From the human T2T-CHM13v2.0 reference genome, Homo sapiens: a stretch of DNA of 64,000 bases. The notes beneath the pieces were generated by a model that was not told the origin of the DNA, made no database searches, and saw only the letters and a program-made list of their open reading frames with translations. Made by a program: the position numbers and the translations under genes. Below, piece by piece: positions 1 through 16,406 of the stretch; position 1 is the first letter of the stretch, and every line of letters begins with the position of its first letter. The DNA lies in assembly GCF_009914755.1 (NCBI RefSeq), contig NC_060925.1. One strand, 5' to 3'.

Positions 1-3200
<3,200 letters not shown>

Positions 3201-3459
3201 AGGGAGAAGTCAACCAAGAGGGCTGCAGAACATGGGGTCATTTTATTTTTATATATAATATGCATATTATTGTATATAATTTATGGTCCTAGTTTTCACA
3301 TGGGGAAGGATCATGAAAAATGTGCTGTCTTCATTTTCAACCCAACAGTTTTTAGGCTTGAATGTTTCCTAGTCAAGTGTTTATGTTTGTTCTTGTATGT
3401 ACTATCGAACAGGGTATCAAATGCTTTGTAGCTGTTTGTGCTGAAAAAAAAAATACTCA

Positions 3460-3865
3460 TCCCCAAATCCAAACATCTATCAATTATCAAATGGATAAAG
3501 TGAATTAAATTTAAATGTGAATGAAGGAACTGCTATATACAGCAGGATGAATCTCACAAATACATTGAGGGAAACAAGCCAGACACAAAGTAATACATAA
3601 TATATAATCCCACTTACACAAATTTTAAAATAGATAAAGCTAAAGCTAAACTGCAATTTTTATAGTTAGGATAATGGTTACCTTTAAGGAGGTGGGAGTG
3701 GCTAAGGAGGGGGTACCAGCAGCACTTCTGGGATCCTGGCAATGATTCATTTCTTAATTTGGTGGTAGTTACACTGGTTTCCTCACTTTGCCATAATTCA
3801 GTGAGCCACACACTTGAGTTTGTGTACTTCTTATATGTGCATCATAATTTAATTAAAATGTCTTA
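3460..3865 (+). mobile_element. Ancient L1M(C/E) 3' fragment
   Basis: Typical L1M 3' motifs (aaatggataa...gatgaatctcacaaa...aagccagacacaaa), heavily diverged. Confidence 0.6.
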
Positions 3866-4474
3866 AAAAGTGCTAAGAAGCTGACTGGAAACTTTGTGTA
3901 TAAAAATAGAGCTTGTCAATCAGTAAGCTTTACTGCAGGTGAGTATTCAGTGTGTAGCTGTTTAAATGGGGAAACCCAAGATGTCAGCAATTCAAAGAAC
4001 CTGTTTTAGGAGGAAATTAATGAGAATAAATTTACAATAGAACCATTTCCAAAAGCCACAGGTACATTAGACAGGAGTGATGGGTTCTACAATTGGCATG
4101 ATATGGGAGAGTGGAGGCTTAGTAAATATAAACATTCACCTTGCTCCATGGTGAGTGAAGGGGTCAGGATTTATAAAAGAGATCCAAAAGGAAGGTAGAA
4201 AATATAGCACTATACCTCAGAACTGCCCTGAATTCTGGGGAGATGTGAGAAATACATTAAAAAAGTCTCAATTTAAAATACTCATGGATTACTTTTTTAA
4301 AAAACATACAATTTCTGTGAAAGGCGTATCAATGTGGCCCTCATCTGCTCCTAATTGAGTATTCATAACATTGAAAATTTTAAACAAATAGAAAAGATGT
4401 ATTCTAAAACTTGCTTTTACCTAAAAATATATATATATTTTATGTTTTTCCTACATAAATACGTGCCTCAGTGA

Positions 4475-4799
<325 letters not shown>

Positions 4800-5364
4800 A
4801 GGTATATAATTTTCCATTGCATCAGAGTATTTTAATTATTTTAAATAATTTACTAACAGATATTTAATTCATTTATGTACTTATTTCTTCATTCATGTAA
4901 AAACACTTCCTCAATTTAAGAATAGATCTGAGTGACTGGAAAATAGTTTAAATAACCACTGTTATTTTACACATGTACACAGCTATTGTGGATAAGCCAG
5001 CAGTGTTAACAATCAGGAATGTTAATAATGTGAAGCCAAGCAATGACTTAGAATTAAGAAAAATATTATATTTCAAATCAGAGACTCACTCTGTGGGTGA
5101 CACTCTTGTGGGAATGGTCTACAGTGATAAAACTTCCCCTTGTGGTATGACAGGAGTGTGGGAAGTAGAAGCCCATGGTAGTAAGAGAAGTGTAGCCTTT
5201 CCAATCTTCACCTTTTTACGCATACTTGAGAATTCTAAGCAGCAGTTCTACAAGGGGTTGACTGCTCCCACTCAAAGAAAAAAAAAAAAAGAAAGAAAAA
5301 AAAAGCACAAAATAAAGAAAAACCACCCACCCAAATTAAGATCTACCATATGATCAGTAGTGCT

Positions 5365-5830
5365 ACAAATTACTTTGTGCTCTCTTTTTCATCTATTTTG
5401 ACCCCTGGAAATAATTGCCTTCCTTGATTTTACATTTATTACTCCCTTGTCTTTAAAATATTTTTATCATGTTTTTTAAACAATGTATCATTTATACTAT
5501 CTTGCTTTTGAAATTTATAAAATTGATAAGAAATGATATATTGTATGAAGTTTTCTGTGGCTTAGTTTTTAAATACAATTTGTTTTTTTCTGAGATTCAC
5601 CTGTGTTACATGTCGCTATAGTTTATTATACAAAAGTACATTGTGTACAGATGTCATAATTTATTTATGCTTTCTCCTGTTGATGAATGTTTGTGTTGTT
5701 TCTATTTTCCATTTTTCATTTAATAAACACTAATGCTATGAACATATATATATATATGTATTTTGATGAACGTGTGAAAGAGTTTCTCTTGCTGTATTCC
5801 TAGGGATTTGGGATGGGTGGCCAGCTGTGA
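5365..5830 (-). mobile_element. Ancient L1ME-like fragment
   Basis: Diverged antisense L1M 3' motifs (tgagattcacctgtgtt, ttgatgaatgtttg...gctatgaacat). Confidence 0.5.
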
Positions 5831-6206
5831 AATGAACAAATGGTCACTCTGCAAGCAGGAAGGAGTCTCAGAAAATACAAAGATAGAACTATTTGGTGAA
5901 AATTTCAAGGTCAGAGGGAATATTTTCCACTTTCTCAGAGGTATTAGAGTCTGGCAATGTAAATATACTTAATGTTGCTGAACTATACACCAAAAAACTG
6001 GGTTAAATGGTAAATTTTATTTATATTTTAGCACAATAAAAATGAGTTACATAACACTAAAATAACTCTAACTTATAACCATATTTATACAATCAGCAGT
6101 AATTTCAATTTTTGTTGTTCTTCCCCACTGTTCAAATGTAGTTAAGTATGTAAGTAAAATTTGTAAAAAAGTATAACCAAATATATGTGAGTATGTGTGC
6201 ATGCAC

Positions 6207-6237
<31 letters not shown>

Positions 6238-6246
6238 CATATATAT
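6207..6246. repeat. Compound (GT)n(AT)n microsatellite
   Basis: Seen directly in the sequence. Confidence 0.9.
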
Positions 6247-6684
6247 TCTCAATACATGCCAGAGTTCCTTATAAGAAACTATGAATAGGATAGACAATAA
6301 CATTTCTAGTTATATTTGTATTTTGTATGAACTTCTTTGCACATACATATAACCTAATTCAAAAACACAACCTGAAGATCAATTCAGTGAAAAATAGTCG
6401 TCAAACTTACTCTAACTTATTACTTATTGATTAGCCAGACATCCTAAGATGATAGTGCCATGGGTAAAAAGAATTATGTTTCTCTATGTCAGATAATACA
6501 ACTTTAATCAAAGAACATAAAGCCCACTGCTTCCTTTATAAGCATATTATTGCAGGGTTTAATATTGCAAAGACCAGAAATTATTTTCCTTATGTCTGTG
6601 TTAAGCAGTTTTGTTTTGAATTAGGCATCTTTATTACTAAGCATTAATTTTTACTAAGTAGATTATAATTTGGGGCTGCTTTTG

Positions 6685-7000
6685 TCAATAGTTCACTGCC
6701 CTCTCCATCTCATTAGATAATTTCTTTGCCATGAGTTGTGTTTGTAACACTACCCAGTCAGCCTCATCAATGAGTTTCATTAAGAACTTGTTTACTTCTC
6801 TTTCCAAATCATTAATAATGTTGTTAAATAAAATCAAACTGAACAAAGAACTTCTTGGCAGCCTATGCAACACCAAACCTGAACTGAAAATAGAACCATT
6901 TTTTATTCTCTGCTTATAGACTTTCATCCTTTATTCAATCCATTTGATGGTACTTTTATGTAGGGCAATTAGAATTAATTTTGTTAGTTGCATTTCATGA
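6685..7000 (-). mobile_element. Ancient CR1/L3-type LINE reverse-transcriptase relic
   Basis: Minus-strand translation HEMQLTKLILIALHKSTIKWIE*RMKVYKQRIKNGSIFSSGLVLHRLPRSSLFSLILFNNIINDLEREVNKFLMKLIDE, then after a 1-nt shift LGSVTNT. This aligns by eye to CR1 RT (HxILLxKL..GL...VRWIxNWL..RxQRV.ING...GVPQGSVLGPxLFNIFINDL....L.KFADDTKLGGVANT). Confidence 0.8.
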
Positions 7001-7320
7001 TTTTGTGAGCTCCCATCTCATTTAATATAGTAATTTTCCCAGAGTAGGGCTCTGGGAAGTAGCAGTGCAGGAACAGAGGAAATGTTCCATTTTAGAAGGG
7101 CAACATATTTCAATGCAAACTAAATTCATGATAGACTGGGTACACCTTGAAGACACCTTGAAGGAGTAGAGAATACACATGATGTCCTCAGACCAAATGT
7201 TATGGTGAATAATTTGATGGAAAAATAAGAGCATTGTAGAGGTAGACCTAGGGAGAAGGACAACAGTTGAGGAAGATTATCATTATTGTAAGCAGATATT
7301 TTTAGATAGAAAATTATTGG

Positions 7321-7840
7321 CTCTAGGTTAGGGATGACCCATAGAACTTTTGTGATTATGGAAAAAATCTGTAATCTGCACTGTTCAATACAGAAGACAC
7401 TGGCTTGCTTATGATTCTCAAGCATTTGTCCTGGGACAATTACAACTAAAGACGTAAATTTTTATTTATTAAACTTTAATTCATCTAAACGTATATAGTG
7501 GCTGCACACAGTGGCTCATGCCTGTAATCCCAGCACTTTGAGAGGCCAAGGCTGGAGGATCACTTTAGGCTAGCAGTTTGAAACCAGCTGGGGAAATACA
7601 GCAAGCCTCCATCTGCACCTAGAAAAATAAACGAATAAACAAAAATTTAGCCAGGCACGGTGGCATGCGCATCTGTACTCCCGGCTACTTAGGAGGTTGA
7701 GATGGGAGGATCACTGGAGCCCAAGTGGTCAAGGCTGTAGTTAGCTATGTTCACTCCACTGCAGTCGCTAAAAAAAAAAAAAAATTCTTTAAATAGCCAC
7801 ATATGACTAGTGGCTACCATATTGGACAGCACAGTTCTAG
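7321..7840 (+). mobile_element. MER3 (hAT-Charlie) non-autonomous DNA transposon, split by an Alu
   Basis: atagaactttt..gatg.aaa..ctg..ctgcactgttcaata at the 5' end and aaatagccacatatgactagtggctaccatattggacagcacag at the 3' end match MER3. Confidence 0.8.
7500..7783 (+). mobile_element. AluJ-type element with a shortened right-arm end
   Basis: Diverged Alu with J-type ggaggatcact..gagccc in the right arm, followed by poly-A. Confidence 0.9.
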
Positions 7841-8699
7841 AACTTTAGGGCAGCTACATTACAGGTCAAAGAGGAGAAAACAGGAACTTCCTGGTAGAGG
7901 ATATTTCTAATTTAGAACCCAGAATAAGAGCAGCCAGGTAAAGAGCTCTTTAGGGTTCTTCCTCTATGATACAACCATAGTCAACAAATGAATTGGAAGC
8001 AAGCACTAATTTTGCCCCCAGTGCAATGAAGTGCAACTTCCTTCATAGCAAACTCATCAGAAACTGAATAATGGTAAATAGAGCAAAGAAAATGATGAAT
8101 TTTCTTCAAGTAATGATTAAAAATATACTTAAATCAATGATTAGTCACCATGTTTTGCATGTACCTACTAACATTAAATTATATTTGGAAAATATATGCC
8201 CATTATACCTTTCTTCTAGATTGCGTGCATTCATTCATATTTACTGTAAAATATTAAACTAATATACATTAAATCAACTGTGATTATTGCTTTTAAGGAG
8301 CGTTCTTTTTTTTATTACTGTACAGGTGTCTTTTACTTGTTTTCTAATAATTTAATTTAGATTCTTGTTTCCTTTCTCTTTCCCAATTCTGTTCTTAATC
8401 CTGCCGCTATGGTGCTGTGATTTCATCCACACCGCCTCAAAAATAGCAGATCTCTTAAGCTTTGTATTTATTAAGGGAGTGCAATTAGTTTAATATGCAT
8501 GAATTACAAAAGGCTTTGCACTGAACTGAAAGTTTTGTGGAAGAACTTACAAAAAATTATTGCAATTGTTATGTTGGAGAGTCAATCAGTTTCCACAAGG
8601 GATAATCTCAGGCCTTGTATTACTCAGTATTTTAATCTCTAGCTACAACAATAGAATTTACAAGGCATTAGTTAATTGACAGTGAACAACAAGTGGAGT

Positions 8700-11520
8700 T
8701 TATATCTGGTCATTTCTGCTATCTAGAATTTGTGGGCGTGATTATAAACATGTACATGAGAATTTTTGTATGTCCATAAGTTGTCTTTTCTTTTGGATAA
8801 ATAGGCAGGAATGGAATTACTGGGTCTAAGAGTATGCTTAAATGTATAAGACACTGCAAAACTTTTTCTAACATTTCTGAATTATTTTTCATTACCATCA
8901 GTAATGTATGAAAGTTCCCATTGCTCTGTCTCCTTAGCAGTACTTGGTTTTGTCAGCTTTTAAGTTTAGCTAATGAGTCTATTGTGATACCTCACTTTGG
9001 ATTTAATTTGCATTTTCATATGACGAATGATGTTGAGCATCTTTTCATGCCATCAATAGCTCTTTTGTGAAGTGTCTGTTCAATTCTTTTGCCAACATTT
9101 TTAAATTGGGCAGTTTGTTTTCCTATTCTCACTTCATGAGCCTTTTTTATGTATTATGACTACAAGTTCTTTTTCAAACACGTGTTTGCAAATATTTTCT
9201 CCTAATCTGTGTTTTGCCTTTTCATTTTCTTAATAGTGTCTTTTGAAGAGCAGTTTTAGTTTTTATGGTTCCAATTTACCAATTTTTTAATGAATTGTGA
9301 TTTTTCTGTCCTCTCTAAAATATTTTGCCTAATTTAAGATCACAGAGATTCTCCTGTCCTAAGTTTTGGGTTTTACATCAAGGTTTATAGTTCATTTTGA
9401 GTTCTTTTATAAATATGATATGAGTATTTAAATACTTTTTAAAAATGTATGCCCAATTGTTCTAGCATCATTTGTGGAAAGGTCATTCTTTATACACTGA
9501 ATTGCCCCGGCAACTTTACTAAGTAATCAATCTATCATATATGTTTGGGTCTATTTCTGGACTCCATTTTGTTCAATTGTTCTATATACCAATGCTTTAC
9601 AGTCAATCTGGAAATGGAGTAGTGAGGGTTCTTCATCTTTATTCCTTAATTTTGTCTTAAATTGCCTCCATTATTCTAGGTTCTTCGCTCTTTGCACCTA
9701 AATTTTAGAATCGGCTTACTGATTTTTACAAAAAACCCCAAACCAAACCAAAACAAAAAAAAGGCCTGTTTGAGATTTTGATTTGGATTGCACTAAATCT
9801 ATAGACCAAATCAGAGAGAACTGAAATCTTAAGAGTAGTATTTTCTGACTCACGAACATGATATTCTCTTCATTTATTTAGGGTTTTGATTTATTTAAAT
9901 CAATATGTTATAGTTTTCAGTATAACAAATTTTGTATTTCTTTTGTCAGATATATACGCAGATTATCCTATTAAATACCTAAGTTGTTAATGTTTTCAAT
10001 GCTATTATATTTATATTTATTGCATTAATTTATATATAAGCATACTATTTTTTTCACATATTTAATCTTATCCAGTGACATTTAGGAATGATTTGTCTTT
10101 TTTATGAACTTACCCATTTATCATTATGTAATGTCTTTCTTTATCCCTGGTAATACAACTTGTTGTGAAGTTTATTTCATTGGATGTTAATATTACCACT
10201 CCAGCTTTTAAAAATTATTGTTTACAATATTTTTAATACTTTTAACTTATACTTGCCTTTATATTTAATATGAATTTCTTGTAGACAACATATAGTTGGA
10301 TTTTCCTTTATTACCCAATTTTGAAAATCTCTGCTTTTTGATTAGGGAAATTAGACAATTTACACTTAATATGATTATTGATATTATTAGATTTAAATTT
10401 ACTACCTTACTAATTGCTTTTAATTAATTCCTTTGATTCTTTGTTACTTCTTTCTATCTTATTTTAAATTAAATATTTTAAAATGCTTCTATTTCCATTT
10501 TTGGCTAATTATTTATATCCCTCCACCAACTTTCAGTTGTTCCCTAGGGGTTAGCATACGTATTTACCTTATCAGAGGCTACTTTCAAATAATAATGATA
10601 TAGGCAGGTCGTGGTGGCTCACACTTGTAATCCCAGCACTTTAGGAGGCCAAGATGGTTGGATTGCTTGAGCCCAGGAGTTTGAGACCTGCCTGGACAAC
10701 ATAATGAGACTCCTGTCTCTACAAAAAAAAAAAAAAAAAAAAAATCCAGGCGTGGTGGTGTAGCCTGTAGTCCCACCAACTCGAGGCTAAGGCAAGTGGA
10801 TAGCACGAGCCTGAGACATTGAGGCTGCAGTGAGCTATGATTGTATCACTTGCACTCTACCCTGGGTGACAGAACAAGACTCTGTCTCAAAAAAAAATTA
10901 TATGTACTCACTCATAAATAGCATCAGAACCTTACAACAGAATATTTCCAAACCCTTTTCCCATCCTTTGTGATATTGTCACATATATTAATGTTATATA
11001 GAGTTTAAACTCCATAATATTGTCACAAGTCTTGCATTAAACACTCAAATATTTTAAAGTGATTAAAAATGAGGAATATATGCTTTTTACTTTTACCTCC
11101 ATTTGCGTAGTTAACACCAATCTTCATTTCTTTGTGTAGATTCAGTTCTAGTGTGGATGCCTAAAGACTTTTGTTTAGCATCTCTTAAAATGCAGTTCTA
11201 CTGACATAAATTCTCTCAGGCTTTGTTTGACTGAAAAAAAGTCTGTATTTTACCTTCCTTTTGAAAAGTATTTTTCGTGGGTGCAGAATTATGGGTTCAT
11301 AGTATTTTTTTTGTCTTTCAGTACTTTAAAGATGTTACTCCCTTGACCTCTAACTTGTATAGTAGGGCTAAACATCCTGCTTGGCTTATGCTGAGATTAT
11401 TACATCTGTGGTTTGATGTCTTCACTCACTTATGAGAAATTCTTGGTCAAATTTCCTTCTGTCTAGGACTTCAATTTCATTTACGTTAGATCATTCAGCA
11501 TTGTCCCACAGTTCTTGAAT
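8700..11520 (-). mobile_element. Old L1M fragments (ORF2/3' region and endonuclease/5' region)
   Basis: Long antisense L1-like tract (tttaatttgcatt..tgatgttgagcatcttttcat; ttaccactccagcttt; tcttgtagacaacatatagttgg). Confidence 0.75.
10603..10897 (+). mobile_element. AluJ-type element with an expanded central A-tract
   Basis: Alu arms with J-type gattgcttgagcccaggagtt and a linker of about 22 A. Confidence 0.93.
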
Positions 11521-12765
11521 TTTCTCTCCCATTCTGTAGGTTTGTCTCTTTATTGATTGCCTACTTTGTGGTACAGTAGCTTTTTCATTCAATATAATCC
11601 TATTTGCCTATTTTTGCTTTTGTTCCCTGTGCTTTTGAGGTCTTATTTTAAAAATCCTTGCCCAGTTCAACTCATGAAGCATTTCCCCTAGGCTTTCTTC
11701 CAGTAGTTTCATGGTTTTGATTATTACGGTTTAGTCCTTAATCCATTTAGAGTTGACTTTTGTGTAGGGTGAAAAATAGGGATCTAATTTTATTCTTTTG
11801 CATGTGGATATCCAGTTTTCACGGTACTGTTTATTGAAAACTGTCCTTCCCCCCATGTGTGTTTTTGTTGACTTTGCTGAAAATCAATTGGCTGTAAATG
11901 TGTGGATTTCTTTCTGGGTTCTCTATTATATTCCATCAGTCTATGCATCTGTTTTAATGCCAGTACTATGCTATTTTTGGTTACTATGACTTTGTACTGT
12001 ATTTTGAACTCAGGTAGTGGGATGCCTTAAGCTTCATTCTTTTCACTTATGATTGCTTTGACTATCTGGCATCTTTTGCATTTGCATATGAATTTAAGAT
12101 AATTCTTTTCTAGTTATGTGAAGAATGTAATTAGTGTTTTGATAGGGATTGCACTGAATTTGTAGACCAATTTGAGTAATATGGACATTTTAACAGTATT
12201 AATTCTTCCAATCTATAAGCATGGGATATCTTTTATTTATGTTCTCTTCAATTTCTTTAATCATCCAATAGCAAAAAAGAAACCCAAATAATCCAATTAA
12301 AAATGTGCAGAAGGCTAAAATGGACATTTTTCAAAAGAAGACATGCAAGTGGCTGACAGAGACATGAAAAAATAGTCAACATCACTAATCATCAGGGAAA
12401 TGCAAGTCAAAACCACAATCAGATATCTCCTTACTCCAGTTAGAATGACTATTATCAAAAAGACAAAAAAGAAATGCTGTCAAGGATGTGAAGAAAAGGG
12501 CACTCTTATATACTGTTGATAGGAATGTAAATTACTACAGTCATTATGGAAAATAGTATAAAGTTCCTCAAAAAATTAAAAATAGAACTACCATATGATC
12601 CAGCAATCCCATATATTGGGTACACATCCAAAGAAAGTGAAATTAGTATGTTGAAGAGACATCTGCATGCCCAAATTTGTTGCAGCACTGCAGCACTATT
12701 AAAAATAGCCAAGCTATTGAATCAACCTTAATGCTCATCTACAGATGAAAGGATGAAAAACTGTA

Positions 12766-12786
12766 ACACACACACACACACGCACA
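12766..12786. repeat. (CA)n microsatellite inside the L1
   Basis: Seen directly in the sequence. Confidence 0.8.
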
Positions 12787-13116
12787 AATGCACTCGTGTG
12801 CATGCACAAGAGAGTATTATTCAGCCATTACACAAAATGAAATTTGTTATTTGTGGCAACATGGATGAACGTGGAGGACATGATATTAAGTGAAATAAGC
12901 CACCAATAGAAGGACAAACACTGCATTATCTCACTCACATGAGGACTCTAAAATAGCTGATTTTATAAAAATAGAGAGGAGAGTAGTGATTACCAGGGCT
13001 GGGGAGGGTAGGGATGAGCAGGGGGGACCAGGAGAGGTTGTTCAATAGGTGCAAAGTTACAGTTAGACAGGAAGAATAAATTTTGGTGTTCTATTACAAA
13101 GTAGGGTGAGTATAGC

Positions 13117-16100
13117 TGATATGGTTTGGGTGTGTCTCCACCCAAATCTCATCTTGAATTCCCATGTGTTGTGGGAGGGACTCAGTAGAAGGTAACTGAA
13201 TCATAAGAGATGGTCTTTCTTGTGCTTTTCTCATGATAGTGAATAGGTCTCATGAGATCTGATGGTTTTAAACAGGTGGTTTCCCTGCACAAGCCCTCTT
13301 CTTTTGTGTGGCACCATGTGAGATGTGCCTTTCACCTTCCACCATGATTGTCAGACCTCCCCAGCCACATGGAACCGTAAGTCCATTAAACCTCTTTATT
13401 TTGTAAATTGCCCAGTCTTTGGTATATCTTTACCAGCAACGTGAAAACAGACTAATACAGTACATCGGTACCAGTATAGTGGGGCACTACTGAAAACATA
13501 CCCAAAAACGTGGAAGCGACTTTGGAACTGGATAACAGGCAGAGGTTGGAACGGTTTAGAGGACTCAGAAGAAAACAGGAAAATGTGGGAAAGTTTGGAA
13601 CTTCCTAGAGACTTGTTGAATGTATTTGCACACAATGCTGATAATAATATGAACAATAGAGTCCGGGCTGAGGTGGTCTCAGATAGAAATGAGAAACTCG
13701 TTGGGAACTGGAGCAAAGTTGACTCTTGTTATGTTTTAGCAAAGAGACTGGTGGCATTTTTGCCCTTGCCCTAGAGATTTGTGAAACTGAATGTGAGAGA
13801 AATGATTTAGGGCATCTGGTGGAAGAAATTTCTAAGCAACAAAGCATTCAAAATGTGACTTGGATGCTGTTAAAGGCATTCAATTTTTTTTTTTTATTAT
13901 ACTTTAAGTTTTAGGGTACATGTGCACAACGTGCAGGTTTGTTACATGTGTATACATGTGCCATGTTGGTGTGCTACACCCATTAACTCGTCATTTAACA
14001 TTAGGTATATCTCCTAATGCTATCCCTCACCCCTCCCCACCACCCCACAACAGGCCCTGGTGTGTGATGTTCCCCTTCCTGAGTCCATGTGTTCTCATTG
14101 TTCAGTTCCCACCTATAAGTGAGAACGCGCAGTGTTTGGTTTTTTGTCCTTGCGATAGTTTGCTGAGAATGATGGTTTCCAGCTTCATCCATGTCCCTAC
14201 AAAGGACATGAACTCATCATTTTTTATGGCTGCATAGTATTCCATGGTGTATATGTGCCACATTTTCTTAATCCAGTCTATCATTGTTGGACATTTGGGT
14301 TGGTTCTAAGACTTTGCTATTGTGAATAGTGCCACAATAAACATACGTGTGCATGTGTCTTTAGAGCAGCATGATTTATAATCCTTTGGGTATATACCCA
14401 GTAATGGGATGGCTGGGTCAAATGGTATTTCTAGTTCTAGATCCCTGAGGAATCACCACACTGACTTCCACAATGGTTGAACTAGTTTACAGTCCCACCA
14501 ACAGTGTAAAAGTGTTCCTATTTCTCCACATCCTCTCCAGCACCTGTTGTTTCCTGACTTTTTAATGATCGGCATTCTAACTGGTGTGAGATGGTATCTC
14601 ATTGTGGTTTTGATTTGCATTTCTCTGATGGCCAGAGATGATGAGCATTTTTTCATGTGTCTTTTGCTTGCATAGATGTCTTCTTTTGAGAAGTGTCTGT
14701 TCATATCCGTTGCCCACTTTTTGTTTGTTTTTTTCTTGTAAATTTGTTTGAGTTCATTGTAGATTCTGGATATTTACCCTTTGTCAGATGAGTAGATGGC
14801 AAAAATTTTCTTCCATTCTGTAGGTTGCCTGTTCACTCTGATGGTAGTTTATTTTGCTGTGCAGAAGCTCTTTAGTTTAATTAGATCCCATTTGTCAAGT
14901 TTAGCTTTTGTTGCTGTGCATTCAATTTTATAAGGGAAGCAGAGTACAAAAGTTGAGAAAATATGCAGCCGACAGTGCAATAGAAAAGAAAATCCCATTT
15001 TCTGAGGAGAAATTCAAGCTGGTTGCAGAAATTTGCATAAGTAATGAGGAGACAAATGTTAATCCCCAAAACAACAGGTAAAATATTTCTAGGGCATGTC
15101 AGAGGTCTTCACTGCAGCCCCTCCTATCAGGTCCTGAGGTCTAGGAGGAAAAAATGGTTTTGAGTTCTGGGCTCAGGGTCTTTGTGCTACTTGCAGCCTA
15201 GGGACTTGGTGACCTGCCTCCCATCCACTTCAGAAGTGGCTGAAAGGGGCCATTGTAGAGATTGGGCCATGGCTTCAGAGGGTGTAAGCCCCAAGCCTTG
15301 ACAGCTTCCATGTGATGTTGAGCCTGCAAGTGTAAAGAAGTCAAAAATTGAGGTTTGAGAACCTCTGCCTAGAATTTAGAGGATGTATGGAAATATATGG
15401 ATGCCCAGGCGGGTTTGCTGCTGGGGTGAGCCCCTCATGGATGACTTTTGCTAGTGCAGTGCAGAAAGGAAATGTGGGATCAAAGCCCCCATTCAGAGTC
15501 CCTACTGGGGCACCACCTAGTGGAGCTTTGAGAAGAGGGCCACCATCCTCCAGACCCCAGAATGGTAGATCCACCAACAGGTTGCACTGTGTACCTGGAA
15601 AAGCCGCAGGCACTCAATGCCAGCCCATGAAAGTAGCCTGGAGGGAGGCTGTACCCTGCAAAGCCACAGGGGTGGAACTGCCCAAGACCATGGGATCCCA
15701 CCTCTTGTATCAGTGTGACCTGGATGTGAGATATGGAGTCAAAGGAGATCATTTTGGAGCTTTAAGATTTCACTGCCCCACTGGATTCTTGGATTTGCAT
15801 GGGGCCTGTAGCTCCTTTGTTTTGGCCAATTTCTCCCATTTGGAATAAGTGTATTTACCAAATTCCTATACCCTTATTGTATCTAGGAAGTAATTAACTT
15901 GCTTTTGATTTTTCCAGGCTTATAAGCCGAAGAGACTTGCCTTGTCTTGAATGAGACTTTGGGCTATGGACTTTTGAGTTAATGCTGAAATGAGTTAAAA
16001 TTTTGGGGGACTGCAGGGAAGGCATGACTGGTTTTGAAATATGACGACGTGAGATTTGGGAGGGGTCGGGGTGAAATGATATGGTTTGGCTGTGTACCCA

Positions 16101-16406
16101 CTCAAATTTCATCTTGAATTCCCATGTGTTGTGGGTGGGACCCAGTGGGAAGTAGTTGAATCATGTCATGCTGTTCTCATGATAGTGAATAAATCTCATG
16201 AGACCTGATGGTTTTAAAAAGGGGAGTTTCCCTGTACAAGCTCTCTTCTCTTGTTTGCTGCCATGTGAGACATGCCTTTTACCTTCTGCAAAGATTGTGA
16301 GGCCTCCACAGCCACACGGAACTGTAAGTCCATTAAATCTCTTTCCTTTGTAAATTGCCCAGTCTTTCGTATGTCTTTATCAGCATCATGAAAATGGATG
16401 AATACA
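13117..16406 (+). mobile_element. Full-length THE1 (THE1A/B-like, ERVL-MaLR) provirus: 5' LTR 13117-13459, internal region, 3' LTR 16077-16406
   Basis: Both LTRs start TGATATGGTTTGG and end AATACA. 5-bp TSD ATAGC at 13112-13116 and 16407-16411. THE1-int sequence (MWESLELPRDLLN) is present, with a purine tract before the 3' LTR. Confidence 0.95.
13888..14917 (-). mobile_element. 5'-truncated L1PA (L1PA3/4-like) inserted in THE1-int
   Basis: Antisense L1 3' UTR and ORF2 C-terminus ([18 protein letters not shown]...[18 protein letters not shown]). TSD GCATTCAATTTT at 13876-13887 and 14918-14929. Confidence 0.95.

Noticed and set aside
4973-5353. 126-aa ORF with a Lys-rich tail
   Set aside because: The Lys run comes from an A-rich tract; no recognisable domain or splice context.
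6685-6927. 80-aa ORF as a domesticated RT protein
   Set aside because: The catalytic FADD is lost, there is an in-frame stop just upstream, and the RT homology changes frame after LIDEA. The open frame is incidental.
15348-15848. Longest ORF (166 aa) as a gene
   Set aside because: Lies entirely within the THE1 internal sequence; no independent gene evidence.
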